Assembly (NCBI GenBank): GCA_000934665.2
Contig: JYFJ02000814.1
Span: 1-64,000 of the forward strand
DNA: 64,000 bases
Direction of reading: 5' to 3'
DNA from: Catajapyx aquilonaris
Taxonomy: Eukaryota
In this document: positions 23,192-36,819 of the stretch, piece after piece
Numbering within the stretch: the stretch's first letter is position 1
Layout: each line of letters starts with the position of its first letter
Notes under the pieces: generated by a model
Database searches by the model: none
The model's input: only the letters and a program-made list of their open reading frames with translations
What the model was told of the DNA's origin: nothing
Translations under genes and position numbers: made by a program

Positions 23192-26071
23192 CGATTACAG
23201 TACTATGCTCAAAAAACGAAAATCATTATTGTAATAACAATGCTAACCTCGGCAAATATTGAGTTTGTTGTTTAGCCTTGACGTAGGGGATCGAAGTTAG
23301 TGTTAGGTTATATAAGTTCTGTGACCTCCCATGCAATTGATCTTCGGTCTGACCTCCACCTGTGCCATTTCAATGCAGGCCACTGAATGAAGGGGGAGAA
23401 ATGACCAAAACTACATTTTTTGGGATCGCTTCTGACTACCTCCCTGAATTTTTAGAAATCTTAGTACAAAGGTGGCATTTTATGATAATAGTGTACCCAC
23501 TTATTGAGCCTAATTTCCGACCATAAATATTCAATGCTTCATTAATGGACCAAAAACTTGTGTCAGATTCATTCCTTTATGTTTTACGGTCTGTTTGGGG
23601 TTTAGACAAACTTACAGGCACAAAGTGTGGATATTGCGGGATAGCCCAGGTATTTCCACTTGTGATGTCACCAGTGGGTGTGAATTTTTAACCTGATGTG
23701 CCTTACAATGTGCTGGCAAGAACTGGTATGTTAATGCCATAAGTCAGTATTAGGTCTGCTAATTAGTGCATCTGTTCATGGTACACAAGTAAAGACTGAA
23801 TTTTGTGTTGAATGTAAATCTTTCTTCTCCTTTGTTATGTAGTTACATCGAGGGAGAAAATAAAAATGTAATAGTTTTTCCAATTTAATAATAATGTACT
23901 GAAGGAACCTCCCCATGCACTCATGGTTCCATACAGTACCACTGACTTCCTAAGCGCATTTGGTGTTAGCTCATACGTATAAATTCAGGGAAATGAGCAG
24001 TTCTGCAGGCAGGAAATGATTCCGACGCTTCAAGGCTGCTTATAACAGGAAGGATGTGGTCATAAACTCCATATATGTCCAGAAACTCGTGATTGTTTAT
24101 TCAGCATAAAATGTTGCAATAATATTACAATGCACATGGCTTCACTAGTGTTTAAAAACTCTTACAGGCACTGCAAGATAATCCATTCTCATGTGGTATA
24201 CACTAGTAGTTGCTTCGGTACAGTACAATATACAGGATGTGTCAGAACTGCCCCACTCATTGGTCAGTACAAGACACATGTACACAGGAATAAAGGTTGA
24301 AAACCCAACTGTAAATGTCATAGTTGATGAATCAGGTGCAAGACAGGTGACGTGTTTGCCTAACTGACATTCAAAGGGTCATAGTTATCTACATTATACA
24401 AGCCAGCAATTATCCTTGTATGATATTAGTTTGAGATCAGATTTGCCCTGTACTTATTCGAGATGCACACACTGGATTCGCTACTACTCTACTTCAAAAA
24501 TAAAAATTGCATGTAATCTGGCTTCTTACATTTTGTTTATACCGGTACCTGTATACATATCAACACAGCTTTTCCATTCCATATTGACACCGTATTTTTG
24601 TTTAACAAACGCCGCCATTCTCATCAATAGTTATTACTCTTATTAGCATTCACACACCACATACTGCACAGTACATACCTATAAGACATGTGATCAGTGA
24701 AGTGCAACACTTGACATCAAAGTTCAACACACACACCATTAAAAAATTAGCAAATAATATGCAATCATTCTATTATTCTTCATCATACATTACTCAATCT
24801 GAGTAATGTATGATGGTAATTATAATAATCTGGTCTCTCTTGGCCTCCATGACATTTGACGCCCAATCAAGGGCATTTAAAAAATTATCCCTATAATACA
24901 CATTAATTGTAGTGCAATGACACTTTCAAAATCTATGTCCCACACCTGACAGCATGATTGGACAGACAGGATTACATACGCACAATATTGTAATTTTGTG
25001 GTTAAGCCTTTCAAAAATCATGACTAACTAGTCTTGATAATGCATTAACATCGACCTTTCAACATCCGCCATGTCCAAATATTTATTCGCAGGTTAATAG
25101 ACCTGAACTCCATCGTACATTAGTAATCAAGCCTTATTTTTCTATTACAGGGCACAATTTCTGGATAATATATTTATTTATTTATTTAATAATCAGCAAG
25201 AAGACAACATTATTATCTTCAGTTTATGCGGTAACATTTCCTCCAGGCAGTAAAGTTATGACAGTAATCCTCACAGCTACCTGGCCATCTAGCAAATATG
25301 ATTGTCAGCTCCAAGCGACTTATTTTCTGCATTTCATTTAGTGATTACTTAAATTTATCTGACTACTGCTGCAACCCAAGTCTTTCAAAGGAATCCACAC
25401 CCACATGGCCAATAGGTTTGCAAATAATCAGCATCAATAATTTCACTTTATGTCTCGTTTTGGGCCGAGTGAATCTGAGGTCATGTAGTCACATGGCTCG
25501 ATCACCAATTTGGAATGGGTAAATTTCCCTGAGTAATGTTTGAGCTTGGGTGGCAGTTTCCCCTGAAAAGACAACAATCGCAAATTGGGATCACAATTCT
25601 CAAAGACCACAAACACTCGTATATTCACATTATCGGATAACTCCAGTGGAGAATACACATCACTTCTGCTGCATTCTTGTTGTGTGGTTCATCCCCATCG
25701 CAGCTCTCAAATTACATCAATGCTGGTATATGCACACATGTAGATGCACAACTACAAAATACAAACTAGAACAATTTCTGCTCAAATTCAGCCATTTTAT
25801 TCAGGCTACTGCTGAAGTGTAGAATCGACATGAAAAGGAAACAGGAGTATAGAGACCAAACTTATGTGAACATTCCCCGCTTTATCTCAGCATTGCAGGC
25901 CCTTTTCAGAACTCTTCGACTGAAAAGAAAAATATTGGATGTGACTGGCTCACTTCTTTTCAATGCCATATTAAAGCCCCCTATGCTGAGATGAGGCCGG
26001 GAATGTTCTCAAGCCTCTTCTCCATAGTCCAAACGTGAATTACAGCCCAGTTCCAGCCCTTTTCTTATGTA

Positions 26072-26190
26072 TGATTGCACCAACCGAAATTACCGATCCG
26101 ATCGCTCCTAATGGATCGTTAGAAGCCCTTTTAATGCATCGTAACGATCTGTTAGGAGCTATCGGATCGGTAATTTCGTTGGTGAAATCA
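26072..26190. mobile_element. Hairpin MITE (PIF/Harbinger-like)
   Basis: Near-perfect arms of about 50 bp, TGATTGCACCAACCGAAATTACCGATCCGAT... / ...ATCGGATCGGTAATTTCGTTGGTGAAATCA. Confidence 0.7.
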
Positions 26191-27055
26191 GGCATTAGGA
26201 TGGGTTGTATAGTAGGGCCCTTTACATGAGGCTGCTGCTATCAAAACATGTGTTGCCAGCCAATTGCTGTGGAGACCAACCTGAGGTCATGGATCACCCT
26301 CTTGTTCTGAATTTAATATCGCATATGGCTCATCTGACACAATTATCTAAGTAATCTAATAATATTTGGATCAAGATGTACAAACTTTCTTCCCATCCTA
26401 CCCCAAATTGAAAATTTTTGCAAGACAAGAATCAGGAAATTAAAAAGGACTTGATCATTTCATTGCATTGTTGGTGCCACGAAGATGGCCTTGCATCCAG
26501 ACCGTCAGTGGCTACTAAAATAATACGAGCCTTGGACAAACCTACAAAGCTATTGGCATTCATCAGCAGTGAGGCATTAAAGCACTTGCCGGTAAGGATC
26601 ATCTAAGCAGGAGCTGGTAAGCAAGCAGCACGTAGCCTAAAGCAATTCAAATGTTTCATCAGCTGAATCACAAAATAATCAGACACTGGGCATGTGCACC
26701 TTTTAAACATATATCTGTGCACTTGGCAGTTAGTGGCTCTCAGCAGTAACCATTCAAGTTCACGACCACATGTCCTGGAGCATATTGAAATCACGCAAAT
26801 ATTTACAAAGTGCAAGCCGGTAGTTCTTTTACATGTTCCTTTCAGTCTTGACACATCAATCACCTTCAATGGCAGAGTGGGCCACTTTGAGACACTAATC
26901 ACATTTCTGTACATTAGGCAGTTAAAATGAATATAAATGACTCAAGGTGGCAAAAATTTGAAAATAAAACTGTCAGCACCGAACATTTGAACTTAATTGT
27001 CTGTAATGCATGATTAGCAATTAATTCGAGTTTCGTTTCTTGCGCCACACTTGTA

Positions 27056-27225
27056 TAAAGCCGCATTTACACGCGATCGATTTGATCAGCGATGTTGCAG
27101 CTATTTACATCACTGAGCGATGACACCCATTGTGGGTGGCAAAAATATATTGTTACTACAATTGTTCACTTTCACTCAGGAATGAGCATCGCTGATCAAA
27201 TCGATTCCATGCAAATGCAGCTTTA
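27056..27225. mobile_element. MITE with TAA/TTA flanks; related copy at about 33413-33577
   Basis: TAAAGCCGCATTTACACGCGATCGATTTGATCAGCGATG / CATCGCTGATCAAATCGATTCCATGCAAATGCAGCTTTA. Confidence 0.7.
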
Positions 27226-27919
27226 TGAACTTCAATGGTTCCAGCCGAAAGCCACTTAACCTTTCAATAACTTAATGCCTATTTGCATTGAAATTTATTT
27301 TTCTCCTCTTTTTTTCTTTCTTGTTATCACAGCATGGTCCATGCCACTGCAAGTCTCACGGCATGTGGAGTATTTTCCAGTTTGGCACTATTTCTTTGGA
27401 TTTGAATTTCAAATGAACACTCTTATTAATACTGTAAATTTCATAAGCGGCTGGAGGATAACTAAAGGCCACATTTACACGTTCACAGGCAAACATGGCC
27501 AAGCCTACGCTAGGGCTACTTGTGACGTAGTAAATGCACCCTATTTGGCAGTTGGCCACACTGCGCCTTTGGTCACCCAAGACATGTCAGCCAATGGCAG
27601 ATGTAACTCCTGCCTGGTGACACTAAAGTGTGACCAAAGCAGTGGTGCAGTTCACTGCAAGTCATGTATCCCCCCCCAACATTGCAATTTATTTCTTTTA
27701 AGTCGCCCTTTCATTAATTTATAGGTGCGTTTCAACATGACCCAAGCTGCCTTTAATTTTTCAGTCCTGATGTTGGGATTCCACTTGCATGAGACAGAAC
27801 ATGGCATGGACCACATTGTTGTATAACAAACATTAAACCTTTTGTCCTGCTTCACCCACACCCTTTTGCGCCAGTGGGTGTGGGTGAAGCAGGACCCAAC
27901 CCAACAGCAAGTGCTTCTT

Positions 27920-30574
27920 CTACATGTAGATGCGAAAAGTAGCGTGAATTGGACTCCGGCAGATTGGGCACGTTGAGAGGGCTGGCGCACATCTAACCCC
28001 ACACAAGTGTCCACACGGCATGAAGGCGACACCCAGCACCTCGTCCAGGCACACCTTGCAAGTGTTTGCATCTTCGTCTTTGACCTCGCCTGAAAAAAAG
28101 TATAGAGTTAGCTGGTGCAAGATCAGATGACAATTAATCAAGGGCCACAAATACTCACTCGTGGAGATGCTTTTGAGCTGAGGGCAACCTTCCTCTCCAT
28201 TGGTGGCACACACCTCCACCGGGGCCACAGTCACCATGCTCTCTGGGGCAGGGGTCTTTTCTACAGTCACTTGCAAAGCACTGCTGGAAAAGATGACCAA
28301 TTTTCAATTAGAATGCAGCTATAAAAGAAATGCTCAACAGGTGACGAATGACACTCACGCAATGCCGTTGGCCTGTTCCTCAAGTGAGTTGTACCCAGAC
28401 TCTGGTGACTTTCTCTCTCCTTGGGACGCTCCATTCGTTGTCTCATGACTTTCTGCTGTGCTCTCAGCTGGTGTTGCAGCCTCCCTTGCTGCTGGGGTCA
28501 AAGCTTCTCTTTCCAGCCGGTCCTCCTCATCCAGCAGTGCTCCTGCTAAACTCCCGACACTCCCAAACATCCTTCCCTGTTCTTCTAACCTCTTTCCAAC
28601 CACGTGACGAATCAGTGGACGGTCGAACCCCATGTCCTGGACCTTCTTCACCATGGACGAGTTCATGCACATCTCCAATGTCACCGGACGCCTCACAATT
28701 TCGGGTATTCCTTCCTCACCTCGGATGGACTTGATATAGTCCTTTCCTTTGACATGGGTGACATAGGCACATCTGAAGAACCAGTAGGCATGCTCCTTCC
28801 AGGGGTCATCCTCACTGTCCCAGTTACGCAGTCCTCCGCCACATGAGAAGCACTTCACATGGTCTGAGAGTCCGGCATAGAAGAACCCAGCCTCGGCCAT
28901 CATTTCTGGTGTTTGCTTCATCTCGGAAGGCCACTCCTTGAAGGAGGACAACCGTGACTCCAGGCTTATGAACTCAGGGAAGCGAGGGCCACGCCTTGCA
29001 GGGATTAGTCCGAGGGCCTCTGGATCCATTCGGGTGCCATTCTTCAGTTGCACGTTCTTGTACATACTGTTTGCTGTGTAGACAAATACATCAAGATTCA
29101 CTCAGGACTCTAAACTGCATAAAACAGGTGCTACTTCAATATGACGTCAATCTAGAACCAATTTCAAAAGGGCAGCTGTAATAAATAATTAATGACTATA
29201 AAATTATTGACTCATGGTGAAAATCATTCTAGATGTTCACAGAAACCCCCTAAAATGAAGCGATGTTGTATCACATTAGGTGTTTAATTTCGGTTTATAT
29301 TAAACAGCATTATAATAAGAGAAGGCACAAAATAATTGAGGTGCTCATAGGAAAAACGGCATATCCCAACCGGAGTTCATTTTGAGATAAACAGCTTTTT
29401 GTGTTGCAAGAGAATAGGATTTTCCATAGTGGACAAATTTTACAAGTGGAATATGGGAGCTTTGCCATATCCCAATTAATTTGGCACTTCAGCACATGAA
29501 AGGTAGATGGCAGGAGAGTACGAAAGCACAACAATCTCAAAATTGAAGGTCGGTTGGGAGATGCCGGTTTTCCTCTCCGCTTTATAGGCAGTTGTCAGTG
29601 TCGAGGCATATCTCACTCACTTCTTTATCTGAATCCCATCCCTTCCTGATCGGCCACTGAGATAATGCACAGTGTGTGAGTAGGTTCAAAAGGTGCAGCG
29701 TCGTCATAATATGTCATTAACGTGTACTACTCCGAAAATTATCACATGAGACATGAACAATATCACAACACTGCACCTTCCGAACCTCCTTGCACCCTGT
29801 GTTATCTAGTGGCCAATCTGAAAGGGTCAGAATTCAGATATGGCCTTTGCATCAAAATCTGACTATACAGTAATTATTGCAATGCTTGCTCAAAATTATC
29901 TACTTCATCTTCCACAACTTGAAGTATCCGTGGTTTCTGTGTTCCTTGGAAAATTGAGTCACAGATGTTCCACCGTATCTATCTCTAGAAAGTTGTTCAG
30001 TATGGAAAATTATTTGTGAAACACAACAACTCCACTAGAGATAGGTTTCCCTGCCTCGAATAAGGTGTAATTTGAGAAAAATTAAATTTATACACTCACC
30101 TCTCTCAGGTGCCGAGTGTGGCCTCCTCTCAGTCACAAACCGCTGACAAGTGTCATAGCCCCTTCCAAGGTGGGCCACGTCCAGCTCCAGCTCCTCATCA
30201 TTCTCCTCCTCGCTTTCGGCATCGCCAGTGTTTCCCACAGGCAGTCCAAGAACAAACGGGCACCAACTGAAGTGCTTCTTGTGCTCCTCAAATGGCTTGT
30301 CCCCTTCCTCCCACTCCCCAACCACACCACGGCAGAAGGCACACTCCACATAGTCCCGCTTCTTTAGGTAGAAGAACCCTGCATGGGCTAGTTCCTCAGG
30401 GTTAAGAAACGCCACTGGCCATCCCTTGAAAGTTCTCCTGCGAGTATTCTCATTCTTCAGGGACTCAAATGTTATCCACTTTCGATGTTTGCGAGGCACC
30501 TTGCTCGAAGATGGGGGTGGAGGTGGCTGGCCCTGGCTTGGATGATTCGGCGGCATGGTCCGGGTGGTACTCAT
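27920..30574 (-). CDS. Inhibitor of apoptosis protein (IAP-B): 2 BIR + UBA + atypical RING
   Basis: Exons 30591-30100 (ATG at 30574), 29073-28359, 28283-28159 (NAGNAG acceptor), 28089-27920. Two BIRs with Cx2C-x16-H-x6-C, UBA with MGF (VQDMGFDRPLI), C-terminal RING CKVC...CGHLCGVRC...CPIC. Confidence 0.92.
29626..29840. mobile_element. Degenerate foldback element in an IAP-B intron
   Basis: GGCCACTGAGATAA...AGGTTCAAAAGGTGCAG / CTGCACCTTCCGAACCT...TTATCTAGTGGCC. Confidence 0.6.
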
Positions 30575-33500
30575 CCCTCTCGAGGACTCCGCTGTGGACA
30601 AAGCAAGAGAATAATGTTAACGTAAGGACACTAAGCTGCACTCTTAATGTTTAAATTCCAGAAAAATGTCATCTGGTACACTTAATTTATGTTGGTCTCA
30701 GTTTTTGTTAATATCTCCCAAGAAAGGCTAGGATGAAGTGGCCATATGGAAGCCACACTCAACCATATGTTTCATCTCGTACGGCAAGTACCTGCACATA
30801 TGGTTAGCTCAATTAAGCCCAAATCAATACACGTGCCAATCCTGTCAAGAAAGGCAACTCACCCATATGGTAAATTGAATCACAGCTCCCAAACTAGGTC
30901 CCTCAATGCTACGAGTTCTAAGTCCAGAATGCCTTCATATCAGTTGTACCATGAGTGGGTATTCCCATAATGTGCGTCAGAACTTCCGAGCCAGTGATAA
31001 CAATCATTACATCACATACGGACAACATCCTACACCTTATAATTATGTTGCATCACATCTGATTTTATTACTTCATGTAAGTTATGCCCACCTCAATTGA
31101 TACATTCTGGTAACATTTACTTACGGATCTTGAAATTGATTAATTATTCTTTCATGTTGCAAGTTACGCTGATGACCCAGTTAAAACAGTTCCCTTTAGT
31201 CAGCCATTCTGCCCAAATATTTACATGCCAAAAATGCTCTGTCACCAAAATCCACACCCACGTCATATGGCGGAATGCCATTATCACTTCCTCATGGGAA
31301 CACATTACATGAGTCTTCCCAGGGCAAACATAGGCCCTTGAAGCCTTTGTAATATTCCAGCTCTATGTAATCCCTATGCAAATTTTTTAGTCTTTCCACA
31401 AGTTATCTGAAGATACCTCCCATTAAATTGCTTTTCCCTACATGTCCTGTCATTGCCTTTTGTAAAACAAAATCCACCCAATCCAATCCTTCCACGCAAA
31501 ATAAGAGCAGTACAACCTGCAACGCTGGCAAAAGCTTCTTGCCTCACAGACCCATAGACAGAAAACCTTTCGCTGAGAAAAAGCATCTCAGTCACTGCCT
31601 GAGAAATCTCAGCAATTTACCGCACGTAAGCAATTTCCTTGCATGCCATGGTTCATGTAACAAAACCTTGCTGCAATACCGTGATATGTTCCTGCATCCA
31701 CTACGCAAGTCATTAGTGAACAAAAAAATCATACTAGAATATTCATGGCCATCTGCACCTATCACATTTTAACCAATCAACTTTAGATGGCCCTACTAAA
31801 AATGGTGAAAACATTAATTTTCAATTTAGTCCACTAAGCTGACGCATAACCTCAAATTTGAAATGTAAAGCTTGCATTTTTATCATTTACATCACAGGCA
31901 TAATTGTTATTATTCTCACACTTTAACTTGCTACAATTTTTTATCATCATCTGAATCTGGTAGTTTAGGCCAAAAAAGATTTCATAAAACTTGTGCATTG
32001 AGGGAGATCTCCCCTAGTTCCCCTTCCCTATTCATTTCACCCTCACAATGGGGAACAGGAATTGGCCCTGATCCCACCCCATTCATTTTGGTCACCCCTG
32101 CCATTCAAAGAAGGCCAGGGCATGAACCACCCCATAGCAGGCCTAGTTGAGGCCATCCAGCTAGGTGGCTCTGGGGCCCACTGCTACGTGCCAACTCACA
32201 TCCTCCTCAATGCATGGAGGTCACAAGCTGTTGGGAAAGCTGGCAGTTGGTGGTGGGGGGGAAAAAAATGAAAGCCAAGCCAAGCTCTACCTACATGCAG
32301 TGGAGCATGTATATCCTGAGGCGTAACCAAAATGAGGCCTCATGCAGGTGGAAATCCTGCACTGCAACTCTGCATCGGCCTACGCTGCAGCCTACGCCTG
32401 CGGACTCACCCAATGTCTGGCAGTACAATTTTAGCTCATCAAGTGCTGGTGTAAAAATAGGATGTTTCCAGATACTTCTGTTGTCTGGCTTTCACAATGG
32501 CATCAATGTTAAAGTGGCATAAATATTTACAGGTCACCTCCTTTGTTTACTTCCAACTTTCATAGGCCTACTTGCTACTAGATTACTGGCCTGCATATAT
32601 AGTGGGTTTACTCAGAGTTGGCTCACTTATTGATATGTTACACTTAGCTACAAAGCAGCACCTGGAAATGTTCAGAAAGATTGAGCGATGCTTGTCAGTC
32701 TCCAGTAAACTACTGTCGTGGCCATGCAACGCTCGACCTTACTGCAGCGAAGGATGGAAAGAACAATACCTCTCCGCTTGTCCATGGCACACTTCCAAAC
32801 CTAATTTCCTGCAATTCTGTTTAAAAATATTGTTAGCAACCATGGTTACCAATGTGGTGCATCATGATAAACCTTTGGAGAGTGATCTATAACCTGGACC
32901 CCGAAATCGCATCTATTTACTAGTACTTTGATCCAGGCTTTATATCTGCTGTAATACACTGCCCTGTGCCCTGAACTAATATCACGTGCAGCCCACACTC
33001 ATATCAGCTGCAGATATGTCTTTTCCGTTAGACGCTCTCAAATTTTCAAATAAACGCCTGCTTGCAGTGCCCAAGTCAATTGGGTTCAGTACGACAATGT
33101 GCAGTATAACTTAGCAGACAGCAAGCCCATGCGCTGCCGTCAAATACATCTGTTTCCTTCTCGTCGCAGCAGTATTAAGGGCTCTAACATATCTAGGTAA
33201 ACAAGTACACAATCTATACTGCGTATGTGCTAGCCTGACATTGCCAGCGGTTATCGCATATATCGACATAACCCTAATGTCAAGAGGCAACTCCTCTCGA
33301 GACCAAAATAGTTAAAAGGGGTGTGGCCCACAAAACATGATAAGTACATCAGCTCCAGCACGACACTCCATACGCTACAGAAAATACAGTCACAAGGCGC
33401 TGAGCCCTAATCCCGCATTTACATGTGAGCGATTTGACAAGCAAAGTCTTGGCCGACCAGTAACATCACTGAGGTGAAAAAAGCAACAATTGATGTTCGC

Positions 33501-35046
33501 CTCAAACAATACTGGTTACTCAATGATGCTATCGCTCAGCGAAGACTTCGCTCGTCAAATCGCTCACATGTAAACACGCCTCCTCTCCCAAATCCCATTC
33601 CGCATTTTAATTAATAAGCGTGGACATCCTAACAACTAATTCCGAATAACTCTTAGTTGTTTACAAAACTACACTGGCTTCGTCGTACTTTTCCAAGCTT
33701 ATTCTCGACTGCACAACACAATTTATTACAAACTGTACGAAACTCATACATCTGTCCGCACAGGACTACATATGAGACTACTGAGGACTGCCCTGGATTT
33801 TAACGGACTACATGAGGCTACGTCGGACTGCATCGGATTTTACTGGATTACATGCGACTACTTAGGCGTGAAAGAGACTGTCCCCATATTTTTTTTGTGC
33901 ATTACTTTTGGAATTTTCTGGCAAGAATTTAGGGTGGGCCCCAGCGGGCCTTTCCCCCTCTTCCCAAGCCCGGAAACCCCCCCGCATTCCATCCACTTAT
34001 TCCCCCAAGTCATGAAGCCCGCCATATTATTGCGACACCCTGTACACAATCTAATCATCTTCCCCGAAGGTGACCTCGACTGTTTTTTTTTAAAGCCCTT
34101 TTTTATCTTTCCCACCCACACCCCTTCCCCACCCACACACACTTATCACGGGGGGGATTCCCCTGTCCCAGTGTACCCAGTTTGAATGCACCGAGAGGGT
34201 GTGCCAGGTGGTGTGCTTCATACTCACAATCTGGCCCCGGGTTCAGCCTCGGGTCGAGGGGAAGAAAAATGGCCGGTGCCGAAAACCTTCGCCACGAAAA
34301 CGAATATGACCACAAGCCAGACGCCAACTGCTGCGGGTGCGGGAGGGAAAATTTACAACGGAGAAAGACCCGCTTGGTGTGGTGGGAGCTCGTCGTCCTT
34401 GTTACCCGATACGGGCCTCCTGGTTGGCTGGATGGGAGCCCACGTGACACTTAACAGGGGTCGGATTGGACCGGTCGTTAAATTAACTTATCCAGAACGT
34501 TCGTTCGTTCGCACCGGGTATTGATCTAATTTGGAATTGCGACGACGCAATTAGACTGCGACGACACAACAATCGGAGGGGAGAGGGGGGGGGGGGGGGN
34601 GGGGGGGGGGGAATACACTTCCATATAATAATTTTGAAAGTTTATTATTTGCGAGTAATAATAATACGTAATAACTGTTAACCTAATTTTATTCGTGGGT
34701 TTGAATTTGGCGGTCGTATGAACCATAATGACCGGTAACCAGGCTTGGTAACGACCATTACGGTAAATACGGTCAGTACTTACATTGCAGCGTTGCACAG
34801 TGAGTACCGAGCTAGTCCGGCCACATGTTGCGACTGAATTACTAGCCATCCAATCCCGGCTGTACAGACGCCATGAGTCATGGGGGTATTACATGGAAGT
34901 GATGTTTTGTAACGTCACGACGTTGAATGATTTAACGATGTATATATTGAAGGACATGTCCTGAGAGCGTGACTTGGTGCAACCGGGTTGCAATACCCGG
35001 ATCGATACCTGGCAACCTGGGGTTCACAGGGTGTGTCAGAACTTAC

Positions 35047-35228
35047 TGGCTTCTTTTGCGGTTTGAACCTCCTGGTTGTCCTTTGCATTGTGTGGGCTGA
35101 TTGGGTTGGTGCTTTCATTTTTGGAAGTTCTTCTGATTTTGGTCTGGAAGATTCAAGTTAATGCGTGAACCGCTTTAAAAATTCTGAAGATTTGTACTTA
35201 CTGCGAATAGCGCTGAGTATGATGCCAT
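35047..35228 (-). CDS. Predicted upstream coding exons of a long IAP-B isoform
   Basis: 35228-35202 (MASYSALFA|gtaagt), a 58-nt intron, then 35143-35047 (TKIRRTSKNESTNPISPHNAKDNQEVQTAKEA, phase 1|gtaagt), which joins in frame to the acceptor at 30591. Inr-like TCAGTT/TCAGTC near 35313-35324. Confidence 0.55.
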
Positions 35229-36819
35229 TTACAATAATTTGGAGTTGGTATCCAAATTATTGTAAATGGTGTGAAAATGGAGATGGATATGTACAGTGCC
35301 TGCAGTCGCCAATGACTGAACTGAGGAAAAGGCAGAGCTACAAACGATAAGATATAAGTTTATCCAATCTTATCGCTTTTGTGTTTTGTCAGGTTAAAAA
35401 CTTATACCGCAGAGGTACGTACAAGGTAACCTACGATCAATTTGAGTTTTGTACACCTTAAATAATACTGAAATTTTCTCGCATAATTAGCGTCGTACTT
35501 GCAGATTCACAAATTGTCATGTGCACTAACATCCTAGCCAATCACCCTAACGAGGATATTAATAAGGATCTATGGAGAAATAGGTCATAGTATGATAGCC
35601 CCACATTTCCAAGAAGGATTAGGCAGTGGTCACATGCGCTGGATGTTATCATTATCCTAATTATGTTGGTGATATGCCCAAATTGCAAGAATAGCTCACT
35701 GCTTGAGATAGACGACATATAGCAGTACCACTCTCCGACCAGATACAGCCGCACATGAATAGCTGGGGGAATTTTCATTGTGCACAGTATTTCAAGATTA
35801 TTGTTCATTGTCTTCTAACCCCTTAACCAGGGTCTTATATTGCCTCGAACAATGCTTCATAATGTTGCTAAAATATCCAACCTGCACATAAATTCCCCTG
35901 TACATAAATCCCCCCAATTTGCATGTCCCTCCATGGTAAAGTGTAAAGTACACATGATTACTTAGCAGAAAAACAAGCCAAGTCATCTCCAACAGCTGTA
36001 GCGCGGTTGACAAATTTATATCAGCACAATCATGTGACACATGGGCTCATGACATATTTAGTAATCTATGTTGACAAAATGTGCTGCAATGCCAAGTGTC
36101 ACAGCTGTACCCTACAGGAAGTGCCTGTGGTCATCAAAAACAAAATAAGTTTATGCAACACTAGTTAATCAGGCATCTACACATCACCAAAGTAGGCTAG
36201 TTTTGAAACATCTTGATTGTTGCGCAATAGTATTGTGCTCTCTATACTATTAATGCCTATATTAGTGGTTTCAAAGCTATTTATTATCTGCGTGACATTA
36301 TACACTGCTTACAACAATTACTCACAAAATTATGACACACTAAAATCACTCCTTTAACACACCACTTCCTCTTGTGACTATTCTCAGCAGCAGCTGAGGA
36401 CCACATAGGACATAATCATAGTTGCCTCAAAATATCCTCTTTCAATAGGCAGTTTCAGGTTGCTGCAATCACTACTGTAAAAAGATTTATGCAAGGCTAC
36501 GATTATCATCATGCTAAACAGCAGTGCGCTGAAACTACCAGTAAAAAGCCACAATTTTCCTGACCTTTGTCAGTGTTTTTACGCAGCAGTAGTAGAACCC
36601 AGTTTAGCATGTAGGACAAGCTACTGACATCATAAATGATACCAACGTGATGGTTCCGAATAATTTACGAAAATGGTTCAGTAACCCGCCTGTTTTTGTT
36701 CAACTCACATGCACATACCGTATATGTATCAGTCTTGCTCACAAAATAGTAAAAAATAAAAACATTTTCACAACCATCAGCATGACTCTAATTTTTTCAG
36801 CTTAGCTCTACCTGAATAT

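Noticed and set aside
34580..34610. Long G-runs with N (also near 1-13, 9232, 58779) as G-quadruplex candidates
   Set aside because: Low-quality homopolymer sequence with unreliable lengths.
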